Positions 1-14,290 of a stretch of 64,000 nt of DNA are shown one piece after another. Position numbers and translations under genes: made by a program. The DNA comes from Podarcis liolepis (taxonomy: Eukaryota): NCBI GenBank assembly GCA_965112155.1, contig OZ218109.1. One strand, 5' to 3'. How positions within the stretch are numbered: position 1 is the stretch's first letter; the number at the start of each line of letters is the position of its first letter. The notes beneath the pieces are model-generated. The model had not been told where the DNA came from. It made no database searches and saw only the letters and a list, made by a program, of their open reading frames with translations.

Positions 1-651
1 ATGTTAATTGTTAACAGTGAAATCTGATAAGAGTGGGAGATCTGATAAGCAAACTACAGTGCCTATGCCTTTCTTAAGGATGGAGTTCAATACTCCTCAA
101 ATTCATGCATGCTCTGCTGTTCCCCTGCTGAAGAGAGAGGCGTAGTGGTCATATTAACAAGTTTGCAGGAATTAGGAGTACAATATAGATTATAGAACTT
201 AATTATTTTGATGCTTAGCTTTTATTTCCCTCCACTCCAACCCCCAGCAAACAGAAAGAAGACGATCTTTCTTCCTATGATAGAAAATAGAAAACAATTG
301 TTTAAGCAAGAAATTAAGAATAAAACGGTCCTTTAAAACAGTGTTTGGGGAAAGTGTTCAGGTCTACTCTTGAATGTTGAAAATTTCGCTTAAGCAGGTT
401 TTTATTACAGATCACAGTATTGATTATATCAGCTCCCCACCCCCACCCCCGATATTAGCTATTTAAAGTACTTTGCAACTGAGACAGTTGATCTGTTCCA
501 CTTAAAAACTAATGAGGATTTACATACAGGTTGGTTATGTGCTTCTATGTTAAAATTAATATGTTGATATTAAGTACCATGAATTACTGGGCAAGCAATA
601 TTCCGTATTGTTTTCTGTTTTGCTGTTTCCCACACAAGCCCTCTTATCTTC

Positions 652-698
<47 letters not shown>
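652..698. repeat. (AAT)n microsatellite
   Basis: About 15 perfect ATA/AAT units. Confidence 0.95.
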
Positions 699-699
<1 letters not shown>

Positions 700-1198
700 C
701 AATAAAATATCAAACATTAAAAACTTCCCTCACTTCTGGTATATGCACTTGATGGTACCTGAATGGTCTTTCACGCACTTTGTGGTTGTCTATCTTTCTT
801 CTTTACATCTCCCTTCTTTCCACACTACTGTTATGTAACTATATTTAGGGGTCCAGAAACCACAACAGCACTGGCACCTAAAAACTGGGTCTGGTAACTG
901 GCATCTTGGCAATGGCTCTCAGGCAAGCTTTGAGCCGCCAGCACCTCTCAATAAGTGATTCATGAAAGGGAAGGAAACAAATTGAAAGCAGCAACAAGAA
1001 CAACCTCTCTTATCTCAGTGATGCACTGGTGTCCCTGACTGGCAACCCGTGGATTAGAGGGAAGCAATGTTTTTGGGCCGGCGGGCACATTTTGGACTTT
1101 GAGAGAGTGCTGAAGGCACCAGACACAAAATTCCTTGGAATAACACAAAACGGCTTGGGGGCTGGGCGGCCTGGTATAACACAGAATTGAGAGAGTAG

Positions 1199-1398
1199 CA
1201 TCGTACCTTGGTTTTCGAACAGCTTAGTTCTCAAATGTTTTGGCTCCCGAACGCTACAAACCTGGAAGTGTGTGTTCCGGTTTGCGAATGTTTTTTGGAA
1301 GCTTCCGATTGAGTGCACGAAGCTCTTGCAGCCAATTGGAATCTGTGCATTGGTTTTCAGACGTTTTTGGATTCCGTTCAAAAACCAAGGTACGACTG
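1199..1398. mobile_element. Tc1/mariner (Tigger/pogo-like) MITE, degenerate left end
   Basis: GTACCTTGGTT...AACCAAGGTACGACTG|TA inverted termini; interior related to copies at 46397, 51985 and 63603. Confidence 0.7.
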
Positions 1399-1540
1399 TA
1401 CAGTCATAATTTCCCCATAATTGTATTTCCATAGTTGATAAGGCTTAACTGATTTTTGCCTTCCATAGGCCCAAGAACCTTGTTTTCCCCCCAGTATCAA
1501 CCCTAAAGCAAAGCCTTCCTGTACCCACTTAATAGATTAA

Positions 1541-1891
1541 AAGGTAAAGGGACCCCTGACCATTAGGTCCAGTCGAGACCGACTCTGGGGTTGCGGCGCT
1601 CATCTCGCTTTATTGGCCGAGGGAGCTGGCATACAGCTTCCAGGTCATGTGGCCAGCATGACTAAGCCGCTTCTGGTGAACCAGAGCAGCGCACGGAAAC
1701 GCTGTTTACCTTCCCGCCAGAGCGGTACCTATTTATCTACTTGCACTTTTGACGTGCTTTTGAACTGCTAGGCTGGCAAGAGCATGAACCGAGCAACGGG
1801 AGCGCGCCCTGTCGCAGAGATTCGAACTGACGACCTTCTGATCAGCAATCCCTAGGCTCTGTGGTTTAGACCACAGCGCCACCCGCGTCCC
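1541..1891 (-). mobile_element. Sauria SINE, full length
   Basis: Minus strand reads GGGACGCGGGTGGCGCTGTGG...ACCTTT tail; 14-bp TSD ACTTAATAGATTAA at 1527-1540 and 1894-1907. Confidence 0.9.
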
Positions 1892-2954
1892 ATACTTAAT
1901 AGATTAAGCCCTATTAAACCCAAAGAGATGTACTTCTGAGTAGAAACTCTGGTTTCTAGGGGGAAAGCAATGGCAAACTATAGAGATCCCAAGAGCAGGA
2001 AAATTGCAGTAAACGGGAGGGATTCCTGTTGCCTCATGCCCAAAGAACTCATTAATCAGTCACACCTCTGCTTTGGTCTTTGGCCAAAAACATTGACAGA
2101 TGGGAGCAGTATGGAAGGTCTCATTTCCTAGATCTCGCTTTGAAGGGTACCTCCATATTTGGCATCATAACTTTCTAAGAGGCCTAGAGACCTACTTTAA
2201 AAGCTCACAGTCTAGGGGCACCAACGAAAGCCATTGTGGGTGCCAGGGGTACCAGGTTGGCAACTCACAATCTAATCTGGTTCCCAGGAAATTTGGTTGC
2301 CTCGCGTTTTCAACACCCAAATTCAAACCGCACCCTGAGACCACGCAGCCCAACCTGGATTTTTTACTTCAAGTCTGCAATCCCATGTGCACATACAGGA
2401 GTAAAAGTCCCTTTCAACTCAGTAGGACCTGCTTCCGAGTAAGATCGCCTGGGGATTGTGCTGCATATTATCTTAGCGTCATGTGGGCAACTCACAAAGT
2501 GTAAACCTCACGCTCAGCAGACTGTCTTGGAGCTGTGCCACGTTTTTCGGATAGCTTTTTACCTGGCGACATAGGGAATAACATAGCCACATTTTTCATG
2601 CTATCTCTTGCAATAAAAGCATGCGTATAATTGCAGTTCATCCTGTGCTCAGTGAGCATCATCTCAACCTTTCAACGCACATTTTAAAATTTTGTTTTCT
2701 ACCTGCCTGTTTATGATTTATCAGTTTGCTAAGGGACACCAGGTGAAATGGGGAATAAGGCAAAATACCGATGTTTTTGTAAACTCGTAGGGGAAGTTAG
2801 AATCTTAAATAAATGGGAGAGGTCGGCGAATCCACCACCACATCTTTTCACAAGAAGCCTCACTGATCTTTGAGGCCTGTGAGCTTCTTCGGGTCTGGGA
2901 AATGAGGAGAAAAACCAAGTGTCCCTCTCTTCCCAGCCCACCCCACTTTGATGT

Positions 2955-3690
2955 GAATTGAATTTATTAATACGGTCACAGATCAGCGTCAACACACACA
3001 ATATCACAGATCATAAAAATATCAGAAATACAAAGGACAATATGAGTATAACAAGGATTTAAATATAAAAATTAAAATTGATTATTAGCGTGCTCCCTGT
3101 AGTTAACATTTGGGGGTTTGGTCATTATGGGATACCACTTGCTTCCTGCGATTGATTGCAGACACACAGAATTTGGCTACATTTAATGTAGTCTTGGGAT
3201 TCTTATCCTCTAGCAGTAGTTTTAAACTATGGAGTTCCGATTCTTTCCTGGACTTTTGCAAAACAGTTGTAATAAAAGTCAAACGTATATCCTCGTAAAG
3301 ACAACAACGTAATAGTACATGTAGAGCAGTTTCAACTTCCCACGAGCCACAAAGGCAGACCCGTGCTGTATATGGTTTACCCTCAAATCTGCCCTGAAGT
3401 AAGGCAGAAGGGAGAACGTTGAATCTGGCGAGAGTAAAAGACCGTCTGTATTTGGGTACCTGAAGGCCTGACAGATAGTTAGCTGGAGAGAAACCTCTCC
3501 CATGGTCCCTTATTGCTGGGTGTTTGATCATTTCGCTCATGTGGCATTGTAATTCTACGTCCCAGATACGCTGGCGAATTGTAGCCCTAGCTTTCTCGAA
3601 GCCTGTCGCTATCAGGGTCTGTAGTGGGATCCCCAAGCCTTTGAGCTTTTCCAGCAGTGTAGCTTTCCATTTGGATTGATGTGTGTTTGT
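2955..3690 (-). mobile_element. 5'-truncated non-LTR retrotransposon 3' end (RTE-X-like), ORF2 C-terminus with CCHC zinc knuckle
   Basis: ORF 3103-3636 has RRSFTLARFNVLPS...CLCGSWEVETALHVLLRC; 3' UTR ends in AATAAA plus short (ATTCA) repeats. Clade assignment is tentative. Confidence 0.7.
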
Positions 3691-3848
3691 AGCTCTGTTG
3701 CTTCAATGGTCAAGGAGAGGGAGTTTCTTGCTGCAGAAGCTTGTGGAAAGCAGGAATTCATAGCTCTGCTCAGGGCAAGAGCCTGCCTGGGTTGGAGCAT
3801 CGCTAAGTGGCTCAAAAGCCACAGAGTGAGAGTCTCTTGGCACAAGAG

Positions 3849-4169
3849 CAGGGGTCAGCAAACTTTTTCAGCAGGGCCCGGTCCACTGCCCCTCAGACCT
3901 TGTGGGGGGCCGGCCTAGATTTTGGAAAAAATATATGAACGAATTCCTATGCCCCACAAATAACCCAGAGATGCATTTTAAATAAAAGGACACATTCTAC
4001 TCATGTAAAAACACCAGGCAGGCCCCACAAATAACCCAGAGGTGCATTTTAAATAAAAGAACACATTCTACTCATGAAAAAACACGCTGATTCCCAGACT
4101 GTCCATGGGCCAGATTTAGAAGGCGATTGGGCCAGATACGGCCCCCAGGCCTTAGTTTGCCTACCCATG
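3849..4169. mobile_element. hAT-type non-autonomous element with an internal ~60-bp duplication
   Basis: CAGGGGTCAGCAAAC...GTTTGCCTACCCATG termini; second copy at 16353. Confidence 0.75.
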
Positions 4170-4279
4170 CAAGAGTGTGAGAGACAAAGAAGGAGGGAGG
4201 GGGCTGCTATAAGTGGGGGGGGGATGTGGGGGTGGTGGAGACTGTTTTCAAGACCACTGGTTGGTTATTTAATCAGTTA

Positions 4280-4521
4280 CAGTGGTACCTCGGGTTAAGT
4301 ACTTAATTCGTTCCGGAGGTCCGTACTTAACCTGAAACTGTTCTTAACCTGAAGCACCACTTTAACTAATGGGGTCTCCCGCTGCCACCACGCCACCAGA
4401 GCACAATATCTGTTCTCATCCTGAAGCAAAGTTCTTAACCTGAGGTACTATTTCTGGGTTAGCGGAGTCTGGAACCTGAAGCATATATAACCTGAAGTGT
4501 ATGTAACCTGAGGTACCACTG
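4280..4521. mobile_element. Tc1/mariner (Tigger/pogo-like) MITE, family A
   Basis: TA|CAGTGGTACCTCGGGTTA...GAGGTACCACTG|TA, with TA TSD and subterminal TAACCTGAAG repeats. Confidence 0.9.
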
Positions 4522-7058
4522 TATTTAATAGGTTTGAATGTCTTGTGTATGTTTTACATGGTTAAATTGAAAATTTTTAATTTTTGCCATTGCAGTTATT
4601 CTTGTTTACCAAACAACAGAATTGTTAATTTGTTGCCTATTGGACCTGTTTATGTGAATTTTTTTATTGTTTTTCCTGTTTGTTTTTATTACTTTGTCCC
4701 TTGTTGTGGGGTTGAAAATATTCAACAAGCTAGAAATGCTGTTTAAAAAATGTGGGAAATTATTCCATTGCTGTTTCAAGAGTAGGCTTTGCATGTTGAT
4801 GCAAATTTGATAACTTATGGGATGTATGCTATAATTGTGGATTTTTTTGAAAAAAACATTTTTTGTAAGGTGAAGCACTGTTGCTTATATATTAAATAAG
4901 CTTCTGGAATTGAATAGGACAAGCTGGGGAATTAAGGGCCCCTTGCGGAATAGAACTGCTTGATTTTATTTTCTATTTCAAAGCCAATACTAAATGGATT
5001 AATTTCTCCTGAACCATTTTTACCAGGGCTTGCTTCTAAATTGAAGTGATTATTGCTGGACTAAGTAGAGGGTTCAGTACACTCTTGAGAATAACCAAGC
5101 CATCCTTCTGACCTCACCCAGAAAAAAGGCTGTGTATTTTGTAAGCCTTTAAGTATGATGTAGAAATTGAACTTTTTTTTTTTTAAAAACCGCTGTGCCA
5201 TTGAATTGGCCTTTTCACAAAAGTATTTGCTTTTTAATCTGTTTGCGCCTCAAAAAGCATGCTGCTTATAACCAAAGGAAAAAATATTCTCAATTACAGT
5301 TCAATTTGTGTGAGTGCTATTGCATATAATAATGTAATTCTAGTATTTATATAGCACCCTGACTACATTGTCAGACTGCTTCACATAGCTTAGCTTGGTA
5401 ATCCCTACAACAGCCTAAAAAGGTAGGCCAGTATCAGTGATGATGATGATGAATTAAATTTATAATTAATCAAAAAAATCTCAGGGCCGTTCACATATCA
5501 CTGTTTTGCTTTCTCTCTGCTCTGCTCTGGCCCATAATGGCTTGTCTTAGACCATCCGTTAAATTCATTGCTGAGGCGACATTTGAATTGGGTGCTTTGG
5601 CTCTTAGTCTATGCTCTTAACAGCCAAACTAATTTGCTTTCTAGTCTTCAGCTGCTGCCTTGTGAATATCAAGCTGCTCTCAAGTAATTGCTCAATTGTG
5701 TGTGTGCTTTTTTTTTAATGTTCTAAAGTATATTTATACCCTGCCACATAACCCAAGTGGTCCTCTAAGGGCAATAGTAATTCAGTAACACGTACGGCTA
5801 ACCACGAAGAAACACAGGCGCATAGCAGATTCACATGCGCTCCCGAGTGCTTTATCTGCCAAGGGGAAACCAGCTGGTATTAGTACGAATAATTCCTTAT
5901 AATAGATGGGCCTTGTGTAATATCCAGTTTCGTTCCCTCTCCATCTTCACTTCAATCCCTAAACCCTTTGTAGACGCTATATAAAGAAATTACAGGCATT
6001 GTTTTGGCAGAGTAGAGAACTGATTATTCTACTACAGCAATAAGACAGACGAGGACTCGCTGTATTCTAATTATGTATCTTAATTTCTGGAAATATTTGC
6101 TGTCGTGCGCCCAACATGGAACGTGTAAGTGTGTGAGAGATGTGGTCTAGTGTGCACAACAACTGCTTGAAAATAGCTTAGATCTTATTTCAGTGCTTGT
6201 TTATAGAGTTGAAGTCCACGCCCTTCATTGTCTTTTAATTTACTTTTAATCGGTTTGCTCTTTCCACAAAGGGAAGTATGGTCTCTGACTCAGCAGAGGT
6301 TTGAGAGAAAGGCAAAGGAACATATTTTTAGTGATCACACCCCCACCCCACCCCCAAAAGCCCCCTGTACCACCTACTGGAGGGTCCTCTAACCTCAGAG
6401 CAGTTTTTTTTTAGGGTGGGAATAGGGAACTGTAGTGGGAAGAAGGAAAATCTCCTCCTCCCCCTCCTACCTATGGGAGCATCCATTCGATTTCCATTAC
6501 ACTACAGTATAGACAATTCTGTATCCAGTCAAGGTTGTCTTCTCTTTTACATTGATTGATAATTCAGAGAGGTTTCTTTACAGTGCAAACATATACTTTC
6601 TTCCACCCCCATTCTCCCTTCCATTGTATTGCCAGGAAGCTCAGAATTCGGAAGTATTTACTCTTTAGAATGACTTGGCTGTATCAATATTTTTCGAAAG
6701 CCATTGTAGTCTAAATAATGCTTTAAGATAGTGTGAATATACAAATATATAGTCCATTTTATAGATCAGGTAACTATAATGGCAGATTCAATCTGTCTTG
6801 CCTCCCTCTGCATTGCAACCCGGCGAGTGTGTGGTGCAATATGGTATATCCATTTACCTGTCTTCTCTGCTTCATCTTTAAGTGTTTTAGCTGCTAAAAC
6901 ATTAATTGGCTATTAGTTCCCATCAGAAATCTAGCTGCGCGCTCATGCTATTTTCAGTGTGTGTGAGAGAGAAGTTTGCTCCTTGATTAACACAGAGAGG
7001 CCACTTCACTGACCTTGTGCTCTCAGTGTCTGGTAAAATAAGCCCAGAAGTTCCTCTA

Positions 7059-7194
7059 CAGGCACCCTCAAACTCTGCCCTCCAGATGTTTTGGGACTAC
7101 AACTCCCATCATGCCTAGCTAACAGGACCAGTGGTCAGGGATGATGGGAGTTGTAGTCCCAAAACATCTGGAGGGCTGAGTTTGAGGCTGCCTG
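7059..7194. mobile_element. Palindromic hAT-like MITE
   Basis: Near-perfect ~60-bp arms CAGGCACC...GGACTACAACTCCCATC / GATGGGAGTTGTAGTCC...GCCTG; close copy at 56121. Confidence 0.85.
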
Positions 7195-8285
7195 CTGTAA
7201 AGGCATCGAGATCTCATTCCTTTCTGATGTCATAAAATCAGCCTAGAACAAATTTCTGTCGAGTGGGTGGACAACTACTGTATATTTGACTAATTTTATT
7301 AATAGCTTTAGACCTACTTCAACTCCACGTTAAAGTCAGAAAATAGAAAGCCTCTTCCCCCAATCTTTGTCACCTCCCCCATGCTTCTTCAAGACATTTC
7401 TTCCCTAGACAATTCATCAATGTAGTTTAATCTTGACACTGAAGAACAGCATGGATCTGTGTGTAATGGAAGTGGACAAACATCGCTCTATTCCATGTTT
7501 TGCTTGTCGCTTGATTGATTGGCATGTTTCTCCTGGGCTGCCGGAGCACAGCAGTCTAAAGGTGTTTGGGTGTTGTTTTTCCAAGAGGGTTTTTTTTTGG
7601 GGGGGGACAGGAGTTTGCCCCCTTGATTTTTTACACTTAGCCTAAAATTAAGACCGATCAAAAAGAACAAAATCCTATCGGTGTTTAATTACTGTTTTCA
7701 AGCAAGGTGTTTTGCAATTAATGGCCATAAGGCATCATTTTGACCCATCCAGGCTGGTCAGGTTCTTTATCGTAACTCCATGAGGTTTTGGCTGTGAAAC
7801 ACTGTAGAATCAAAACAGACGTAAAACACACAACGCTGAAAAAGCTGGCAAATTGTGGCTCAGAGCTTGCCAGCGCAAAACCTGTTGTGGACGATGAGTT
7901 AGAAGAAGAACAACTGGAAACTGGTTCCTCCTCCTCACATCTGTACACGAATAGGCTTCATGCCAGCTCAGATTTCATGATTTGTGAAATCTAAGGTGGG
8001 AGGTAAGCAGCAAGACCTTTCACAGGCACCTCTCTGTTGTTCCTAAACCCAGGTCTGCTGAAAGTCTGCCCGTACGTCTCAAACAAGTGTCAGCTCTCAA
8101 GGCTGTTATCCTTGGAGATAGGGAAGATAGATAAGTTCAGGTACCTCCATCATCCAGACCTCCTGAGAACCTTTCCCTGAGCTGTTTTTTTTTATTTTAG
8201 GGGCTTCTTTTGTGGTTTGATTTTATATGCTCTTAGCTACGTCCAGAGCCAGTTTTCAACTGAAGAGCAGAATAAAATTACAATA

Positions 8286-8508
8286 CAGTGGTACCTTGGT
8301 TTGCAAACGTTTTGGATTACAAACCCGTCAAACCCGGAAGTGCGTGTCCCAGTTTGCAACCTTTTTTTGGATTAAAACCCTTTTTTTTAATTACGAACAA
8401 TTTTTTTATGGAGGTCCCATTGGCGAAAGTGTGCCTTGGGTTACAACCTGTTTTGGTTTACAAATGGACCTCCGGAACAGATTATGGTTGTAAACCAAGG
8501 TACCACTG
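8286..8508. mobile_element. Tc1/mariner MITE
   Basis: TA|CAGTGGTACCTTGGTTT...AAACCAAGGTACCACTG|TA. Confidence 0.85.
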
Positions 8509-9938
8509 TACAATCAGGAATATCTGTATTTGTACTCAGGGAGGGGCCCATCCATCTTGTCAAGGTTTTCTGGCCTCCAGTGATAGTCATGTTGCAAGTT
8601 GCATAGAAGATGCAAATCCTAGGGATGGTTTCTCGTATGTGCTCACGGAAGTTAATAGTGAATGTGGTTTGGCCAAAAATAATACAAAAAAATGCATAAA
8701 TATGTAGTTCACTTTTATCAAGGCCACATAGCCATCCCTCTCAGGAATGGTATTGATCCAGAATAAAGCACATGACATTCATGCTCAGGTGTTATTTATA
8801 CCTAATATGCACTAAGTGGTTGTTTGTCATAGCTAAACACAGGTTCATATATATATTGTGCCTTGAATATGATTCTTCATACAAAGGCAAGGTGTAAATG
8901 CCAGAATAAATAAATCTGAAATATTCCCCCCTCCCCCACAAAAAGTCACAAGCTCTATAGAGAATATTTGACAGCTGCCGTAAAGTACAATGAACGTTAG
9001 CTTTCTTTTTTTGGCTTTAATACTTTAGTTTTCCCTAAGTTGGCCATGTGTTTGACAGCTTGATAGAAATGTGATAGTATGGCACATTCAGCTTAACTTG
9101 AGTGTAATGACTGAAGCTCCTAAAGGTATAATTTTGTATTCATGTGTCTACATAATCTCATGTGAAATGGATTATCTGCATGGATTTACCAGAATATCTG
9201 TAATGCCTCACCTACGGTGTCATTTTAATGTGTCTGATACAGATAGCCTGGTGACACTCAGCGGAAATACTATTGCTTTTTTCAATAAAGCAGCTATTTC
9301 ATTAAAGGGTGAGCAGTCTTCGGCCCGAGTACAACGGGCAGGCTAATTCCATGCGGGTGCTGGGGGTGGGGAATGGGGGGAAAGAGAGGGGCAGAGAGAG
9401 AAAGTGGGGTTCTCCTCCCACTTTTGGCTTCAGCACTGGACATCTCCAACATGTGGCCCCCAATTCTGTAGCCCGCAACAGAAAAAAAGGTTTCCTCACC
9501 TATGCTAAAAGTGTTTGTAACAAAAAAGTTAAATGCCTTGATAGCTTTAAATGTGAATATTAGTTGTTCTCCATGGTATGTCCATATATACATATCCCTA
9601 TTCCATTCTTTTCATTTTTAAGTTTGAAGTCATAAATTTTATGTGGATGATAGATAGGAACTAGGCAAAACAGACAGACCCTTATTCATTGCTCATTTTG
9701 ATGAGAAATAGTTTGTTCAGCATGCAGAGTATTTTTAATGCTTTGCTACATAGATAGCCCATACTCCCATTTGCAACTGAAGAACTTTCATCAAAATATA
9801 CCTGCTAAATGTGTAGATGATTATGGATTTGAACTCTGATTTCTCAGTTTCTTTTTGTTGTCTGATTTGATTTTAACGCGCTGTGGAGAGGTAATACAGT
9901 ATTCCAGTTGTGGATATTCATTTGGTATTGTTATAATT

Positions 9939-10068
9939 NNNNNNNNNNNNNNNNNNNNNNNNNNNNNNNNNNNNNNNNNNNNNNNNNNNNNNNNNNNNNN
10001 NNNNNNNNNNNNNNNNNNNNNNNNNNNNNNNNNNNNNNNNNNNNNNNNNNNNNNNNNNNNNNNNNNNN
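9939..10068. other. Assembly gap (N run)
   Basis: 130 Ns. Confidence 1.
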
Positions 10069-10721
10069 TCTCCCGCTTTTCGGAAATGGAGCAGGCATGC
10101 ACGATCAACTCTGATTTGGATGTGAGAGATTATTGACGATATTTATTGCAGTAACATTATTCAGTTGGGAATGCTTTGCTTTTGGCAACTAGAAACTGTC
10201 TAAAACAGGTCCACAGAAAAGTGACAACATGGGGAGGGGTTAGCCAAGTTCCCTTGTGCATTAAGTTAAGAGATCCTGTTGACAGTCCCAGCTTTCATGT
10301 AGCTGCACTGGAATGGTATTAATGAATCGCAAATACTTGTTCCACGCTGTAGTTCCATCGGGAGATAGTTCCCTAATTCAGTTTGAGGCAATGGTAGTAG
10401 TATTCAGCAGGATTCCATTTACACGATTCCTTGGACTGTTGGCTAAGGGTACTCAAGAGAGCTGTTTCTCAATAAGTTTACACAGCTTAGCCCTGGTGTC
10501 TGTCAAGGCTGATCGTGCAAGTAAAGTAATGTTTACAGCCCATTACATCTCCAGTAACTTCAGAGAGTATATAGATCTGGAACAAGACGCAGAGAAATAA
10601 TTAACGGAGAGATGCGGAGTATCATGAGTCTTTGGGGTACATGGGAAAAGGACTGTTGATGTTCCAAGTTTGATTTCACTGTGAAGTTTTCTAGAGAGGG
10701 AAGGCTATTGAAAGTAAAGTA

Positions 10722-10966
10722 CAGTGGATACTCGGGTTGCGATTGTAATCCATGCGGGAGGCACGTTTGCAACCCGCAGTGCCGTGTCAGCACATGCGCG
10801 GATCGTGATTTGGTGTTTCTGTGCATGCGCAGAGCGTAATTTAGTGCTTCTGCGCATGCGTGAGTGCCAAAACCCGGAAGTAATCTGTTCTGGTACTTCC
10901 GGGTTCAGTTCGGTGCGCAACCCGAAAACACGCAAAGTGAAGCGTCTGTAACCCAAGGTGTGACTG
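10722..10966. mobile_element. Tc1/mariner MITE with CpG-rich interior
   Basis: CAGTGGATACTCGGGTT...AACCCAAGGTGTGACTG; an inverted relative lies at 48954. Confidence 0.8.
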
Positions 10967-11090
10967 TCTCTTAGCTGTTGTGTTCCATTTCAAAAATGTA
11001 TGTTCAGCTTGTAAGTTGGCTTCTGCCTTGCAGCTCTCCTCATACTTCCTCTATAAAGTACTCTTGGTCCATAGTCAAGTCTGAAGAACT

Positions 11091-11858
11091 CCCTGGTCCT
11101 GAATGGGGTAATTGTGTCCCTGAAAGACCAGGTGCGCAGCCTGGGAGTCATTGTGGACTCACAGCTGTCCATGGAGGCGCAGGTCAATTCTGTGTCCAGG
11201 GCAGCTGTCTTCCAGCTCCATCTGGGACGCAGGCTGAGACCCTACCTGCCCCCAGACTGTCTTGCCAGAGTGGCACATGTTCTAGTTAACTCCGACTTGG
11301 ACTACTGTAATGCGCTCAACATGAGGCTACCTTTGAAGGTGACCCGGAAACTACAACTAATCCAGAATGCGGCAGCTAGACTGGTGACTGGGAGTGGCTG
11401 CTGAGACCACATAACACCGGTCCTGAAAGACCTACATTGGCTCCCAGTACGTTTCTGAGCACAATTCAGAGTGGTGGTGCTGACCCTTAAAGCCCTAAAT
11501 GGCCTCAGCCCAGTATACCTGAAGGAGTATCTCCACCCCCATCATTCAGCCTGGACACTGAGGTCCAGCTCTGAGGGCCTTCTGGGGGTTCCCTCACTGC
11601 GAGAAGCAAAGCTACAGGAAACCAGGCAGAGAGTCTTCTCGGTAGTGGCGCCCGCCTGTGTGGAACGCCCTCCCATCAGATGTCAAGGATATAAACAACT
11701 ATCTGACTTTTAGAAGACATCTGAAGGCATCCCTGTTTAGTGAAGTTTTTAACGTTTGATGTTTTATTGTATTTTTAATACTTTGTTGGAAGCCGCCCAG
11801 AGTGGCTGGGGAAACCCAGCCAGATGGGCTGGGTATAAATCAATGATTTTGATGATGA
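11091..11858 (+). mobile_element. L2 LINE 3' fragment
   Basis: Translates to SLGVIVDSQLSMEAQV...LDYCNAL...LQLIQNAAARLV, typical of L2 ORF2; has stops and a 3' UTR ending GGGTATAAAT. Confidence 0.88.
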
Positions 11859-12986
11859 AGGTGCATGAAGCACCAATATTGCTTGGTTTGGTCAGTGCTT
11901 ACACAGAAACCCCATTCCTCCCTGAGTTCCATCATGCTACATAGGAAAGAAATGCAACCAATCAACAATTTGTTGTTGTTACTTGGCCTCTGTCTTCCTG
12001 TGCCAATGACAAGGGATGGCAGTGTCTTTATGTGATGGGAGGAAATCCAGAATGTGAATTCCCATCGTTATTACATCCCTTGCTGGGAAAAGCTTTGCTC
12101 ACTAATTTACCGCTTCAAATGCCTAAAAATTTATCAGCTTGCATCTTAATACAGTGAACCCATTAGCATGGATTCCGATTTTAAGCCTATCCTGAGGAAT
12201 GGGTGTATTTAATTTTTTAAAAATTGTATACTCGTTAATTTATTTGGTACATATGTGAAAGGCAATTCATAAATTCAGCGGCAACAACGATAACTTTCTA
12301 GGATAGTATGTACTCAGCGGAAGCAAAATTGCCAAGCCTCCTATTTGCTCCTTAGGTAGTATTTTAATTTCTTAAGAGGTTTAGGATCTGGCAGTTAGTA
12401 GGTTTGGGCTTTTTGTTTGTTTTCTTCGCTGTTCTGTTATTTATTGGCTTGGGAAAAATCGTATTGGGTGTTCATTTTTGTTCTCTCGGGGAAAATAGAG
12501 AAGTTTTGTTGTTTTGTATTATCTGTTCACATAGAAAGTAATAGTTCTCTATCCCATAAAGCAAAACTTCTGAAAATTGTATGTTTTACTGATGGTGTGT
12601 GCTGCTGAATACTTAAATCATTTGTCCCTGTGCCTTTCACTTACTTTGAAGGAGGAGCCATGAGCGTGGTGGGGGGGCAGCTGCCTCCCCCAAATTAAGT
12701 CAATAAATAAGAATACTTAACTAACAGCTTGGTTCTGCCCCCCCCCCAACATAAATCCTGACTGCACCCATGGGAGCAGCAATATTTCCCTGCTCTTCCA
12801 TCCTCAACATCACCACAGCTAAAATCTGCTTAGATGAAATCTTCCCTCAAGCCGTGCCCTACACTGTTGTCATTGCCTGTATTACAGCCTTACTTTTATA
12901 TCCTGCATATCCTTTGCAGAAATCGAACTGTTTTTCTTAAATATTGGAGGCAAATCTCTGTAAAGGTCTCCTTTCCCCCCTTGTGA

Positions 12987-13148
<162 letters not shown>

Positions 13149-13397
13149 TAATGTTTGCTTCCAGTGTGCGATGCTCCCACTTGTGATTCATGGTAAACAG
13201 GTATTCAGAGCCATACCCATAATATCTCTGGGGATCAGAGGGCATTCTGAGAAAGTGAGTGAGTGGCTGAAGGCCACCTCTTTCCTTACAATACACCTAA
13301 ACAAAAAATGTGGCGTGCGGGCTCATGTGACTGGAGGGGGTCCCATAAGAGTTTGCGGTGGCCGCAGGTGCTGTCTTCGGGAAGGCAGGGATGTAGT

Positions 13398-14290
13398 AAT
13401 AATAATAATAAGAAGAAATAATTTATTTATTATTTATACCCCGCCCATCTGGCTGGGTTTCCCCAGCCAATCTGAGTGGCTCCCAACAGAATATTTAAAA
13501 CATAATCAAACATCAAACATTAAAAACTTCCCTAAACAGGGCTGCCTTCAGATGTCTGACATTTGTCAGATAGTTTATTTCCTTGATATCTGATGGGAGG
13601 GTGTTCCACAGGGCGGGCGCCACTACCAAGAAGGCCCTCTGCCTGGTTCCTTGTAACCTACTTCTTGCAGGGAGGGAACCGCTAGAAGGCCCTTCGAGCT
13701 GGACCTCAATATCCGAGTGGAGATGCTTCTTCAGGTATACAGGACCGAGGCCGTTTAGGGCTTTAAAGGTCAGCACCATCACTTTGAATTGTCCTCGGAA
13801 ACGTACTGAGAGCCAATGCAGATCTCTCAGAACCGGTGTTATATAGTCTCAGTGGCCACTCCCAGACACCAGTCTAGCTGCCGCATTCTGGATTAGTTGT
13901 AGTTTCCGGGTCACCTTCAAAGGTAGCCCCACGTAAAGCGCATTGCAGTAGTCCAAGCGGGAGATAACCAGAGCATGCACCACTCTGGCAAGACAGTCTG
14001 CAGGCAGGTAGGGTCTCAGCCCGTGTACCAGATGGAGCTGGTAAACAGCTGCCCTGGACACAGAATTGACCTGCGCCTCCATGGACAGCTGTGAGTCCAC
14101 AGTGACTTCCAGGCTGCACACCTGGTCCTTCAGGGGCACAGTTGCCCCATTCAGGACCCGGGAGTCCCACCCACCCCGTCCCCCCAAAACAGTACTGTCT
14201 TGTCAGGATTAAACCTGAATCTGTTAGCCGCCATCCATCCTCCAACCGCCTCCATACACTCACACAGGACCATTGTACCCTTCGCCTGCC
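13398..14290 (-). mobile_element. L2 LINE 3' fragment
   Basis: ORF 13849-14187 VPLKDQV...SRLDYCNALYVGLPLKVTRKLQLIQNAAARLV; same family as 11091, opposite orientation. Confidence 0.88.
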